Assembly (NCBI GenBank): GCA_043732705.1
Contig: JAYTHE010000011.1
Coordinates: forward strand, 7,605 to 71,604
Direction: 5' to 3'
Length of the DNA: 64,000 bases
Source: Candidatus Omnitrophota bacterium
Lineage (GTDB): Bacteria; Omnitrophota; Omnitrophia; Omnitrophales; Aquincolibacteriaceae
Positions 19,651 through 28,859 of the stretch are shown in pieces (positions within the stretch are counted from its first letter, which is position 1; each line of letters opens with the position of its first letter). The position numbers and the translations under genes were made by a program. The notes under the pieces are model-generated. The model ran no database searches, was not told where the DNA came from, and worked only from the letters and a program-made list of their open reading frames with translations.

Positions 19651-20669
19651 ACCTTTGAATAAATTTCATTCATAAGCACCATATCATTAAGCGAATCTTT
19701 CCCCGTAGCGAGCACACCAGCTTCGCCATCACTCACCGCGCTAATAAAAGCCTGCATTTGATTATTAAAGCTCCACGGCTGGCTGTGATCAACAAAATAC
19801 TGCGTCTTGGCTCCATTCACATTCTCATCAAGCGTTACGACAGCACTTTGATTTTTTTGTTTCAACGAAGTCAATTGCAGCTTCAAACGTCCTCGTTCAA
19901 AAAAAAATTCGAATGACTCTTCCCATTTGCCGGTCGCGGATTTCCCCATATCAAAAGAAACAGCTACTCCGGCCGCATCCAGCAAAGCTGACATTGAATG
20001 ACTGTGCTGTATATCCGCATGACGGCATTGAAGTTCACAATTAAGTAAATACCGCAGCAAATTAACACTATGCAGGCCTACATTTGCAAACCATTCTCGA
20101 TGATTTTTAACCGGCTCGGGAACATGTCCGGCCTTAGGCGTGCCGCGAATATAATCTTCACAGTCTCCCACATACTCCGCGCAAAAATTTTTCCCGCGAA
20201 CCATAATCAATTTCCCCAGCCTACCTGAAGCAGCCGCTTCACTAAGTAACTGACGGGCTTTGTTAACGCCCCAATCGTATCGTTTCATGAATCCCACGGC
20301 ATAAATTAATTTTTTGCTCTCGGCCAGACGCACTAGCTCTTCAGCCTCGGCAAGATTCATGGCCATCGGCTTTTCTGACAAGACATGTAAACCGCGCGTT
20401 AAAGCCGCTTTAACAATCGCAGCGGTTTTATGCCGCGGAACGACCACCACAACCGCATCCAATACCGCCTTTTTGAATAATTCCTGATCGGAACTAAAAA
20501 CAGCATTACATTTAAACCGTCTTGCCACTTCATTCGCTCGATTCAAATCGTGATCCGCTATGCTTTCCAAACGGATATTTTTTAACGCGGCAATCGCGGG
20601 AAGATGCGCGATTTGACTAACCATTCCCGTTCCGATAATTCCGACTTTTAAAAGATTATCAGGCGTCAT
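19647..20669 (-). CDS. Gfo/Idh/MocA-family NAD(P)-dependent oxidoreductase
   Basis: N-terminal LKVGIIGTGMVSQIAHLPAI Rossmann motif, EKPMA motif, and a 340-aa length. Confidence 0.8.
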   Translation of the reverse strand: MTPDNLLKVGIIGTGMVSQIAHLPAIAALKNIRLESIADHDLNRANEVARRFKCNAVFSSDQELFKKAVLDAVVVVVPRHKTAAIVKAALTRGLHVLSEKPMAMNLAEAEELVRLAESKKLIYAVGFMKRYDWGVNKARQLLSEAAASGRLGKLIMVRGKNFCAEYVGDCEDYIRGTPKAGHVPEPVKNHREWFANVGLHSVNLLRYLLNCELQCRHADIQHSHSMSALLDAAGVAVSFDMGKSATGKWEESFEFFFERGRLKLQLTSLKQKNQSAVVTLDENVNGAKTQYFVDHSQPWSFNNQMQAFISAVSDGEAGVLATGKDSLNDMVLMNEIYSKV

Positions 20670-22744
20670 GCCCGGGCCGCCAAAAGTTTACGCTCGAGCT
20701 TTTGATCGCCATACACCGCCAGAAAAGCCTCGGTTATCACTTTGATGACTGCCTCTGAAATATGCCGGGACGTGCCGTCTTCCGCTCCATACGCCCCGCT
20801 GCCATAAACTCCCAGCCATTTCACGATTTCAAAAGAAGGCCAATAAAATACGTCTTTAACGTTCGTTCTGCATATTTGATCGATGGCAACGCGCAGTGTC
20901 GACTTGGAAACACAGTCGGCAACAATGGCGGAAGGATATTCAAATGTCGCGGCAAGCGGAACCGGTGATACCGTGAAAAACAATTTTGAACGCGGCGCGA
21001 TTTTCCGTACCGCTTGAATAAGATAGTCAAGATTGGCGGCATTCTCTTCGACGGTCGTAGTTTTAAATTCATTTTGAGCCAAAAGATGTAGGGTATTGGT
21101 GTTTGGGTAGCTCAAATAAAAATCCCCCGTTTTCTTATCAAAAAAACACGGCGCGACACCCAAAGTGAAAACAACGACATCCGCGTTAGAAAAATAACGC
21201 CGGACATTCTCTTTGTCTTTGCCGTAGCAATGCTCAAAAACGCCGGCAATATTCGGAGGAACGGGCTCGTCCTTCGAATCCAAAAGCCAATTCATCAAGG
21301 CGCGGTTGGCATAAGTACTGTTAATGAGCTCGCCCATTCCGAGGCATTGCGCATTCACGCCCATTTGCTCTAAAGCCAGCGCCAGATTTTGCGCAAAACA
21401 TGAGCCAAAAGTTAAAACGCGGCTTGCTTGATCAATCACCGGAACCGCAGCAGCGGGCTTAACGATATATTTAAATACTGCCGCCCTCAGGTCCGAAAAA
21501 TCGCTCAATTTATTAGGCCAACGCGCAATATAATGGGTCTGCTTATGATCAAGCTTATTCAGCCCATCGAGATTATAGACAGCGCCCCCAAGATTGTATT
21601 TATCTTCCGCAAGCGCGGGGTTCAATTCAATCGCTTTCCGGTAATGAACCGCGGCCTCCTTCAACTTATCATTAAATTGCAATGCCTGAGCATAACGCTC
21701 ATGAATTTGCGCGCTGATCAAAGTATCCGGTTGTGATTTGGCGGAAATTGCCTTTGCGAAAATGGCTTCCGTTTCATAAGTCCGGCCTTGATAACACAAT
21801 GACTCGCCCAACCAAAACCAGGCTTCGGCATCATCGGGTGCTAAACTCACAAGCTCTTTAAAAATCTGTTCGGATTTTACGATTTGAGAAACGCGGCCGG
21901 CGGAACCATGCAATAGTTCAATGCCGATTTTTTTTAATCCTTCAGGATTGTCTGTTTTAATTTCAGGAGCAGAGCTAAGAATCCTCAGCTGCTGCACTTC
22001 AAATAATTTTTGAGCTTCCGCGTAAACAATCATATCCATTTGATTTTGTTCCTGAATCAGAATCCTGTCTTCCTCGGCAATTTCCTGCACCGCGGGGCGG
22101 AAAGGAGTCGTATTAAGAGCTTTCACGGCAGGTGTTTGTTCCATACGCAAATCACGGAATAACAACTTGACGCTTTCGGGATAACGTTCCGTCAATCCCA
22201 CAAAACTCAATTTTTGCAGATTTTCAAGCGCTTGATTAATTAAATTCTCCGGAACTTTATCGCGGGGATCGCGCCAATCCGCGCCTAAAAAATACGTTTG
22301 ATGGTTGAAAATAACAGAACGTACCTGCGGGTCGCGGCTTTTCAGAAAATCCCGAAAGCTTAAATCTTTAGCGGCCGCGACCATGGTGCGATTCGTATCG
22401 TCGACAACTCCATTCCAACTGCGCAAAAAATAATAACTAGAAATCACCCGGTCTATAGGATCGCGCAAAAAAGTTATCAAATACGTCTGCGGATTAAACT
22501 TTTTTGCCTGTGAATAGGAAAAATGCCCGAGCAGGAGAGAATATTTTTTCAGTTCCTCGGCGGTGACAGAATCATATTGTTCCGGCGATCCGTTATAATA
22601 GTGCGCGCCGGGCAAGGCTTCTCGCAGCAAATGATGCACGGAAGTTCCGCCGGTTTTTCCGATATGCATAAAAGCAATGGGCCGACTGTCTGCCTTCCCG
22701 GATTTTTTCTTTTTTCTGCTCAAGCGTGAAAATAATTGCATCAT
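20666..22744 (-). CDS. Three-domain protein: N-terminal sulfotransferase, central TPR repeats, C-terminal GSCFA domain
   Basis: The 5'-PSB loop HIGKTGGTS and 3'-PB motif FLRDPIDRVISSYYF are PAPS-binding signatures. The central region carries TPR-like helices (AEAWFWLGESLCYQG...YRKAIELNP). The C-terminal region contains the eponymous TFGSCFAQNL motif of the GSCFA family. Confidence 0.65.
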   Translation of the reverse strand: MMQLFSRLSRKKKKSGKADSRPIAFMHIGKTGGTSVHHLLREALPGAHYYNGSPEQYDSVTAEELKKYSLLLGHFSYSQAKKFNPQTYLITFLRDPIDRVISSYYFLRSWNGVVDDTNRTMVAAAKDLSFRDFLKSRDPQVRSVIFNHQTYFLGADWRDPRDKVPENLINQALENLQKLSFVGLTERYPESVKLLFRDLRMEQTPAVKALNTTPFRPAVQEIAEEDRILIQEQNQMDMIVYAEAQKLFEVQQLRILSSAPEIKTDNPEGLKKIGIELLHGSAGRVSQIVKSEQIFKELVSLAPDDAEAWFWLGESLCYQGRTYETEAIFAKAISAKSQPDTLISAQIHERYAQALQFNDKLKEAAVHYRKAIELNPALAEDKYNLGGAVYNLDGLNKLDHKQTHYIARWPNKLSDFSDLRAAVFKYIVKPAAAVPVIDQASRVLTFGSCFAQNLALALEQMGVNAQCLGMGELINSTYANRALMNWLLDSKDEPVPPNIAGVFEHCYGKDKENVRRYFSNADVVVFTLGVAPCFFDKKTGDFYLSYPNTNTLHLLAQNEFKTTTVEENAANLDYLIQAVRKIAPRSKLFFTVSPVPLAATFEYPSAIVADCVSKSTLRVAIDQICRTNVKDVFYWPSFEIVKWLGVYGSGAYGAEDGTSRHISEAVIKVITEAFLAVYGDQKLERKLLAARA

Positions 22745-22752
22745 ATCATTAA

Positions 22753-23598
22753 TTAATTTTTGATCAGGAGCCCCTGCCCCGTCGGTAAAGCTAATATTTC
22801 CAAGCCGTGCTTTTTAGCAAAACTATCGAAGCCCCGTTTTTGGTCTTCATAACTGACGAATCCGTAATCATCAAGCAGAATCATACCGCCCGGCACAATG
22901 CGGCTCCAAAAATACTCTGCGGCAGCTAATTCGGGCTTAGCGCAGTTCATATCCAATGACAAAAAACTGATTCGTTCAATATTGACGGTGCTTAATGTTT
23001 CCGGCACGGAACCTTGAATCAGCCGTACATTTTTATAGTTTTTGAAATGCTCGTTTACGTAATTAAACTGGTTTGAGTAATAAGGTTTAAAATGATCAAG
23101 TTTTGTTTGATTATTTCTTTCATTTTCAGTCAGATGGCGCTCATCCAGCCCATCCCAGGTATCAAACAAGAAAAAATTTTTATTATTCACCGGCCAAGGC
23201 AAATAGTTCATGATCGCCGTGGCTAAAAACCCGCGCCAAACACCGCATTCTACGAAATCTCCCGGAAGCTTTTGCGCCTGGCTTGCACACCACAACGCCA
23301 CATGCAAACGCCAAAACATTTTATGGTCATATCCAAGCGCCTTTTCAGCGGCCTGATAAGCTTTTACATAGCGCGGATCACGCATGAAGTCATGATTGTG
23401 AATCACTTTGGGATCATTGATCACACCGTCATAGCAAAAAATAGGCGTATAAACACCCTCATCAGGCTTTGCGGGACTCAAGACAGGCTCTTTCAATAAA
23501 TCCAATAAATTGGCGGCGGCCGGCGCCGCGGAGGATTTTTTATCGGCAAGTTCATATCCAAAAAGTGAAACGAGCGGAGATAGAATTCTTTTGATCAC
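22753..23598 (-). CDS. TylF/MycF/NovP-family SAM-dependent O-methyltransferase (sugar O-methyltransferase-like)
   Basis: GDFVECGVWRGFLATAIMNYL followed by LFDTWDGL, which is the hallmark VECGVxxG motif of the macrocin-O-methyltransferase family. Confidence 0.7.
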   Translation of the reverse strand: MIKRILSPLVSLFGYELADKKSSAAPAAANLLDLLKEPVLSPAKPDEGVYTPIFCYDGVINDPKVIHNHDFMRDPRYVKAYQAAEKALGYDHKMFWRLHVALWCASQAQKLPGDFVECGVWRGFLATAIMNYLPWPVNNKNFFLFDTWDGLDERHLTENERNNQTKLDHFKPYYSNQFNYVNEHFKNYKNVRLIQGSVPETLSTVNIERISFLSLDMNCAKPELAAAEYFWSRIVPGGMILLDDYGFVSYEDQKRGFDSFAKKHGLEILALPTGQGLLIKN

Positions 23599-25652
23599 GG
23601 CTTAGCCTCATGCAGAATAAAAGCCGCACCATTAAAACCATACGTAAAAAATTCACTGGCGGTATATTTTTTCTGCTTTTCTAAAAATTCGCGAAAAGCA
23701 CGCCGTTCGCCAAAGTTTGGGTTCGCTTTATTGCAGTTCCAATCATCAAACATAAGCACACAGCCGTCTTGAAATACATCGTGCTTCAAAAGACCTTCAA
23801 GCACTTCGACTGTCGACTGGTATAAGTCGCAGTCGATATGTACAAGCGCCGCCTTTATCTTGAGCGGATTTTTTAAAGTTTCGGAATAAAATCCGGGAAA
23901 GGTTTTAATACGTTCTTTGCGTATTACATATGCCAGGCTGTTTTGAATGTGGCGTTCAACACTTCCACCCAGCTGCGCGACAAAATCATCCTGAAATTTC
24001 ATTTTATCCGACCAGATATTCCGGCCCGCGATTTCAAAACTGATTTGATCAACCGGCGAACTGTAGTCAGGAAGCCCCGCAAACGAGTCAAATAAATATA
24101 AATTCCCCATCACCATCAAGTCGCGCATGGTTTCCGCAAAAATCCGGGCTGACCAGCCTGCTAAAACTCCGAATTCAAGTACGTCTCCGATAACGCCAGA
24201 GATCGCAGTGTATTCCAAACAACGGCGGATCGCTTCGCGATGAACGGAGTCGGCCCGCGCTCCGTCATAGAAAACATAACAGTTCTTCGTGATGTCAGGC
24301 CGCGGAGAGCTTTGATCAATTTTTGCCATTAATTCCCGCGCTAAACTATTTTTTGGATTCGCCTCGATAGCGGCAACCGTAAAATTCAACGCGGCATCTT
24401 TGCTGCCCTGCGCCCAGGCAACCGAACCGGCGGTGTTATACATCGCTGATATTTTGTTTAACTCGATCAGGGCATAAGGAAACTGGTGAACCACCGCAAG
24501 CGCCCGGTTGAAATGTCCCATTGCTTTAGGAATATCCAGGGCTTCAAGCAAACCCCTTCCCTTTTCAACGCAGGCCATTGCATCAAAGGATGCTGCAGCA
24601 GGCGCAACGATCTCTGTCGTCAATTTTGCAAGAACCGCGGGCGGTAAGGTTTCCATAGATGCGGACGCCTCCGAAGGTTTTGGCGCTGAATTTTGATTTT
24701 GATCGTTCGCTGTTGTCTCTGATTTATTTTTAATTCCCAAACGTCTTTTAATCCGGCGCCCCAATTCCCGCGCCAATTCCCATCCCGGTATCGCAGCGGC
24801 ACCGCCTGAGCTGGGCACCAAGACAGTCTTAATTTCTGTTTTGATTCGCGGCGGAGCGGGCGTATCAACCGCATACGAGTTCTCGACATCACCCGACAAG
24901 GCAGAATGCGAAGTCGCTAATTCAAGCACCACTCTAAAGGGTTGCGCAAAACGTTTTCGCATAATCACATTAATATTAAAACTTGGAATTGTTAGCAATG
25001 CCGGTTCACAAACCTGCGACTGAGGGATTTCCGGAGTTTGAACATCGCGGATATCCGTACCGGCCAAACTAGCCTGTCCGGCAAGGGTGTACCAAAGATC
25101 AACAATTTCATAATCATTCGCCTTAGCGATATCTTCAAAAAAACCGTTGTGATAACAAAAGTAACCATGATCCGTCCATCCGGAACGCGGCACTTGATGA
25201 AAAAATATTCCGCCCGCTTTCAAAGCGTCATGCATAACACGGAATGTATTCATCTGGTTAATGATGTGTTCCGTTGTACCAAAATTAAGCACCACATCAA
25301 AATGATCGCGGTATTTTACCGGCAAGCCTTCGCGGTTAAGATCAAGAATTTCCGTCTTGAGCGCCGGACAAACATCAAACGAGGTATAGCCTATCCGCGG
25401 AGTTAAGTCCAAAAGCTCGGATAAATAACTGGTACGTTCGCCCGGCCGTGGCCACGAAAAGTAAGAAATGCGCTTGGCTTCTTTTTCGAATGCCTCCTCA
25501 TCTTTTACGTCCCCGTACTTATCGACAAAAGCGCGAATGGCTTCCGGTGACGCGTGATAAAGACACTGAGAACCGATATCAAGAATGGCTGAATCCGGCT
25601 TCACATAGCCTTTATTAGCGAGATACTCCAAATTTTTCATCGCAAAACCCAT
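23595..25652 (-). CDS. Two-domain methyltransferase: N-terminal class I MTase-like domain, a low-complexity Pro/Ala/Ser linker plus TPR-like helices, and a C-terminal TylF-like O-methyltransferase domain
   Basis: The N-terminal domain contains AILDIGSQCL and FDVVLNFGTTEHI. The linker reads APPRIKTEIK...SETTANDQNQNSAPKPSEASAS. The C-terminal domain contains GDVLEFGVLAGWSARIF and GNLYLFDSFAGLPD, the TylF pattern. Confidence 0.6.
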   Translation of the reverse strand: MGFAMKNLEYLANKGYVKPDSAILDIGSQCLYHASPEAIRAFVDKYGDVKDEEAFEKEAKRISYFSWPRPGERTSYLSELLDLTPRIGYTSFDVCPALKTEILDLNREGLPVKYRDHFDVVLNFGTTEHIINQMNTFRVMHDALKAGGIFFHQVPRSGWTDHGYFCYHNGFFEDIAKANDYEIVDLWYTLAGQASLAGTDIRDVQTPEIPQSQVCEPALLTIPSFNINVIMRKRFAQPFRVVLELATSHSALSGDVENSYAVDTPAPPRIKTEIKTVLVPSSGGAAAIPGWELARELGRRIKRRLGIKNKSETTANDQNQNSAPKPSEASASMETLPPAVLAKLTTEIVAPAAASFDAMACVEKGRGLLEALDIPKAMGHFNRALAVVHQFPYALIELNKISAMYNTAGSVAWAQGSKDAALNFTVAAIEANPKNSLARELMAKIDQSSPRPDITKNCYVFYDGARADSVHREAIRRCLEYTAISGVIGDVLEFGVLAGWSARIFAETMRDLMVMGNLYLFDSFAGLPDYSSPVDQISFEIAGRNIWSDKMKFQDDFVAQLGGSVERHIQNSLAYVIRKERIKTFPGFYSETLKNPLKIKAALVHIDCDLYQSTVEVLEGLLKHDVFQDGCVLMFDDWNCNKANPNFGERRAFREFLEKQKKYTASEFFTYGFNGAAFILHEAKP

Positions 25653-25688
25653 CTTTACTCCAAATGCCTGCCGTTAATGATTATTTTC

Positions 25689-27803
25689 TTATGCATTAAA
25701 CAATTCCGTTTTCCTGGATTCATAAAAGGACTTGCTGATTCGTCCGTTGCCAAAATAATTACGATTATTTGAGACCTCGCACTGAATTCGGAGCGCCCTA
25801 TCCGCATCGGTTTCATTCATGATCATTCCGTTTTCTAGCCGCTCGAGCATCTCAATGACCGCATTTTCAATTTCTTCCGCGCTATTGGCATGCGGAACAA
25901 TGGCAAGCGGCCCTAATTGTTTAATATTGAACAACTTCCAGCGGAACGCATTATCCGTCATTTCGGCCAGATTTAAATACCGTTTTTCTTTCTGATTCCA
26001 AAGAGGTTTCAAAGTGAAAAGCACTTTGTTATTCCAAAGCTGAAAATAATTTGAAACGCAATTCACAAGCAGGCAGGGCGTTCCCAAACTAATAAACACA
26101 TTGCTCAGGCCCGAAGTCGTGCCGACAAAAAAACGCGCGGCACCCGCAAGAAAAACATCCATCCATTCTGACTTTAACTCTGTGTGGGGATAATCAATTA
26201 CGCGTTCCATTTTAGGCAACGGCTGCATTTTTGAATCGCCCATACGAATCACCCAACCGCCGCGGCTTGTAATCTGCTTAATCGCGCGTTCATAATCGGC
26301 AAGCTCCGCGTTGCGGTGTGTCTGAATCGAGTGCTTTGTTTCGCGGTGGAAACTGCCGCCGCGGACATGTAAAGCAACAAACCACTCGCCTTCTTTCATT
26401 CCGAATTGTTTAAGCGCAGCGTATCCCCGGTCACGTAATTCCGAAGGCAACGCGAGCAGCGGCCCCCGGCCCGAATGATCCCAAGCAATGTGACCCTGCG
26501 CTCCAAGCTCTGTCCAGCAGCGGGACTTGCCTTCAGGCGTGATGTAACCGTTAAAGCAATCGCCAGAAACGCGCTGGTAAGGAAAAAGCACATTCACAAG
26601 CGCCTCATCTTCGATCACATGGAAATGTTTGCGCCAAAGATCGAGATAAACGGAGTTCGCAACTTTATGCTTGGGGGCAAGCAGTAAAGATTTACCGGGA
26701 ACGGACATTCCCAGCATTTGAAGCTTTTTGTGTGTATCCAGCATTGCGATATGGCCGATTAATGTTACCCATTCGTAAGGCAGGATTCGCACAGGTTCAC
26801 CGGGCTCGATATTCAAATCACGCTTCAAAATCAACTTTAATTCCGGCGGCAAATCAAACTGCGACAACACTTGCTGCTGACGGAGCGCTTTGCCATAATG
26901 CACGACTCCTTCTTCACCGCGGCCGATATGCACCAATCTTTCACCCGTAAGATTGTACGCGTCATAAAGCAAGGCGCTTTTGTGCCTGACCAAATCAAAA
27001 GACTGTGGAACATATTTTGAATGGTCATAGAGTCCCGCGAAATTCTGATGCGCCATGGATAATGAAGGCTTCATCTTGATCGCTTGATCCAAATAAGAAA
27101 CAGCTTCCTCTTCTCTGCCTGCCGTTAAAAGCACATGCCCCAAATGAAAGAAATCGAGCGCACCGGCTTGTTCCGATTCAATAGCCAAGCGGTAAGCGGC
27201 TTCTGCATCATTCATACGTCCCGCAAGCTGCGCGGAAAGCCCCGTCAAAAAAAGCGTATGTTTCTGCTCCGCTTTCCAAACTGCCGCCGCGAAAAAGAAA
27301 TCCATTGCGGCAATATATTGTTCAACGGCCAAAAATAACCGTCCGCGTAAATACACTAACGCCGCAAGCGGCTTGATCCGCATATGCCCATCTTCAAAAC
27401 TATTAAACCCGGATTTTTTTAACCTTGTGGACGCATCACGCAAAACCGCACATAAAATCCGGTCAAACAACGGCAGCAAAAGCTCCCGCAAATAACTTCC
27501 GCCTCCGGACTTCTTAATTACTTTTGGCGCGGCGATTTTCAACCAGCCGCGTCGAACTGCGCGCAGAATTTTATAGGCGTGGTATCCGCCCGTAATTGTT
27601 GCGGCAATTAAACTGTCTATGATTGGAATTGCCGTGCGGTTTTCTAACGGTTCTGTTTTTAAAACCGCGGCGGGCCGATTTGCTGCAGCATGAGAACCAA
27701 GCCAGCAGATAAGTTTATTGATACGCTCAATATCAGAAGGCGCAGATGTTTGATTTTGCGCAGGCAACTGTTCAGACAATGCAGTTGTTTCTACCGGACT
27801 CAC
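25689..27803 (-). CDS. TPR-repeat N-terminal region fused to the same unknown conserved domain found in 14365..15615
   Basis: TPR-like helices (AEAAYRLAIESEQ..., EEAVSYLDQAIKMKP). The C-terminal 330 aa are clearly homologous to ORF 14365..15615 (see that feature for the shared block). Confidence 0.5.
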   Translation of the reverse strand: MSPVETTALSEQLPAQNQTSAPSDIERINKLICWLGSHAAANRPAAVLKTEPLENRTAIPIIDSLIAATITGGYHAYKILRAVRRGWLKIAAPKVIKKSGGGSYLRELLLPLFDRILCAVLRDASTRLKKSGFNSFEDGHMRIKPLAALVYLRGRLFLAVEQYIAAMDFFFAAAVWKAEQKHTLFLTGLSAQLAGRMNDAEAAYRLAIESEQAGALDFFHLGHVLLTAGREEEAVSYLDQAIKMKPSLSMAHQNFAGLYDHSKYVPQSFDLVRHKSALLYDAYNLTGERLVHIGRGEEGVVHYGKALRQQQVLSQFDLPPELKLILKRDLNIEPGEPVRILPYEWVTLIGHIAMLDTHKKLQMLGMSVPGKSLLLAPKHKVANSVYLDLWRKHFHVIEDEALVNVLFPYQRVSGDCFNGYITPEGKSRCWTELGAQGHIAWDHSGRGPLLALPSELRDRGYAALKQFGMKEGEWFVALHVRGGSFHRETKHSIQTHRNAELADYERAIKQITSRGGWVIRMGDSKMQPLPKMERVIDYPHTELKSEWMDVFLAGAARFFVGTTSGLSNVFISLGTPCLLVNCVSNYFQLWNNKVLFTLKPLWNQKEKRYLNLAEMTDNAFRWKLFNIKQLGPLAIVPHANSAEEIENAVIEMLERLENGMIMNETDADRALRIQCEVSNNRNYFGNGRISKSFYESRKTELFNA

Positions 27804-28855
27804 TTGTCCATCCTAATCAGGCAGCGTCCGCTGATTTTACCGCTGCGCATACCGACAATCGCTTCATTAATTTGATCCAGGCCGAAATAATCTGTAATCA
27901 ACTCACGAAGCTTGATTTTCCCCGAACGGTAAAGCCCGTGATACTGAGGAATATCGTTTTGCGGAACCGCTTCTCCGCCATGCGAACCGCTGATTGATTT
28001 GCCAAAATGCAAAGGCAATGTATGGATATTGACATTATTTCCCTTTTTCGGCACACCCACTAAAATAACGCGTCCCTGCGGCTTCGTAATTTCATAACCT
28101 AATTCAATTACGGCGGGCAAGCCAGTGTTATCGATAAACACATCCATCCCGTCTTTACCTGTAATATCAAGAATCATCTTTCGCGCGTCACCTGTCTGAT
28201 TATGAATCAAATGCGTCGCACCCATTTTTTTAGCTAATTCAAGTTTACCGGCGAATAAATCAACTGCGATGATCGGATAGGCCGAAGCCAGCGCGGCGGC
28301 TTGAATAATATTTAAACCGATGCCGCCGGCACCAAAAACTACAACAGATTCCTTGGCAGCTAATTTCGCATTATTTTTTATGACACCGAAACCCGTGGTG
28401 ACGGCACAGCCAAAAAGCGCTGCCGTTTCCATATCGCTGTCGGCGGGAATGGCGGTCACCCGATTTTCGGAAACAATCGCATACTCATTAAAAGTAGTAA
28501 TGCGGCCTGCATTAACCTTCGCTCCCTCCCACAAGTACTCGGGTGTATCCGACTCCATCCCCAGGCCTTTACGCCAATGCATCACAACTTTATCACCCGC
28601 TTTTACCTGCTTAACCCCTGCGCCAACTTCAAGGACAACGCCTGAAGCTTCATGCCCCAGGAGATGCGGCAGAAACTTGTCATCACCCTTTGCGCCGTCG
28701 ATTTCACCGAGCTGAGAGCCGCAAATCCCGCTGAATTGAATTTTAACCAGCACTTGGCCTGGTTCTAATTTTCCGGGCAATTGAATTTCTGCTATGACGA
28801 GCGGTTTATTCAACTCAGTCAGTACAGCGGCTTTCATGGTTTTGGGATGCGTCAT
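27800..28855 (-). CDS. Zinc-dependent alcohol/sugar dehydrogenase (MDR family)
   Basis: MKAAVL start, catalytic Zn motifs GICGSQLGE and GHEASGVVLEVG, and the Rossmann motif VVVFGAGGIGL. The start was trimmed from the ORF-track 28948 to remove an 89-nt overlap with the upstream MTase gene. Confidence 0.8.
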   Translation of the reverse strand: MTHPKTMKAAVLTELNKPLVIAEIQLPGKLEPGQVLVKIQFSGICGSQLGEIDGAKGDDKFLPHLLGHEASGVVLEVGAGVKQVKAGDKVVMHWRKGLGMESDTPEYLWEGAKVNAGRITTFNEYAIVSENRVTAIPADSDMETAALFGCAVTTGFGVIKNNAKLAAKESVVVFGAGGIGLNIIQAAALASAYPIIAVDLFAGKLELAKKMGATHLIHNQTGDARKMILDITGKDGMDVFIDNTGLPAVIELGYEITKPQGRVILVGVPKKGNNVNIHTLPLHFGKSISGSHGGEAVPQNDIPQYHGLYRSGKIKLRELITDYFGLDQINEAIVGMRSGKISGRCLIRMDK

Positions 28856-28859
28856 AAAA

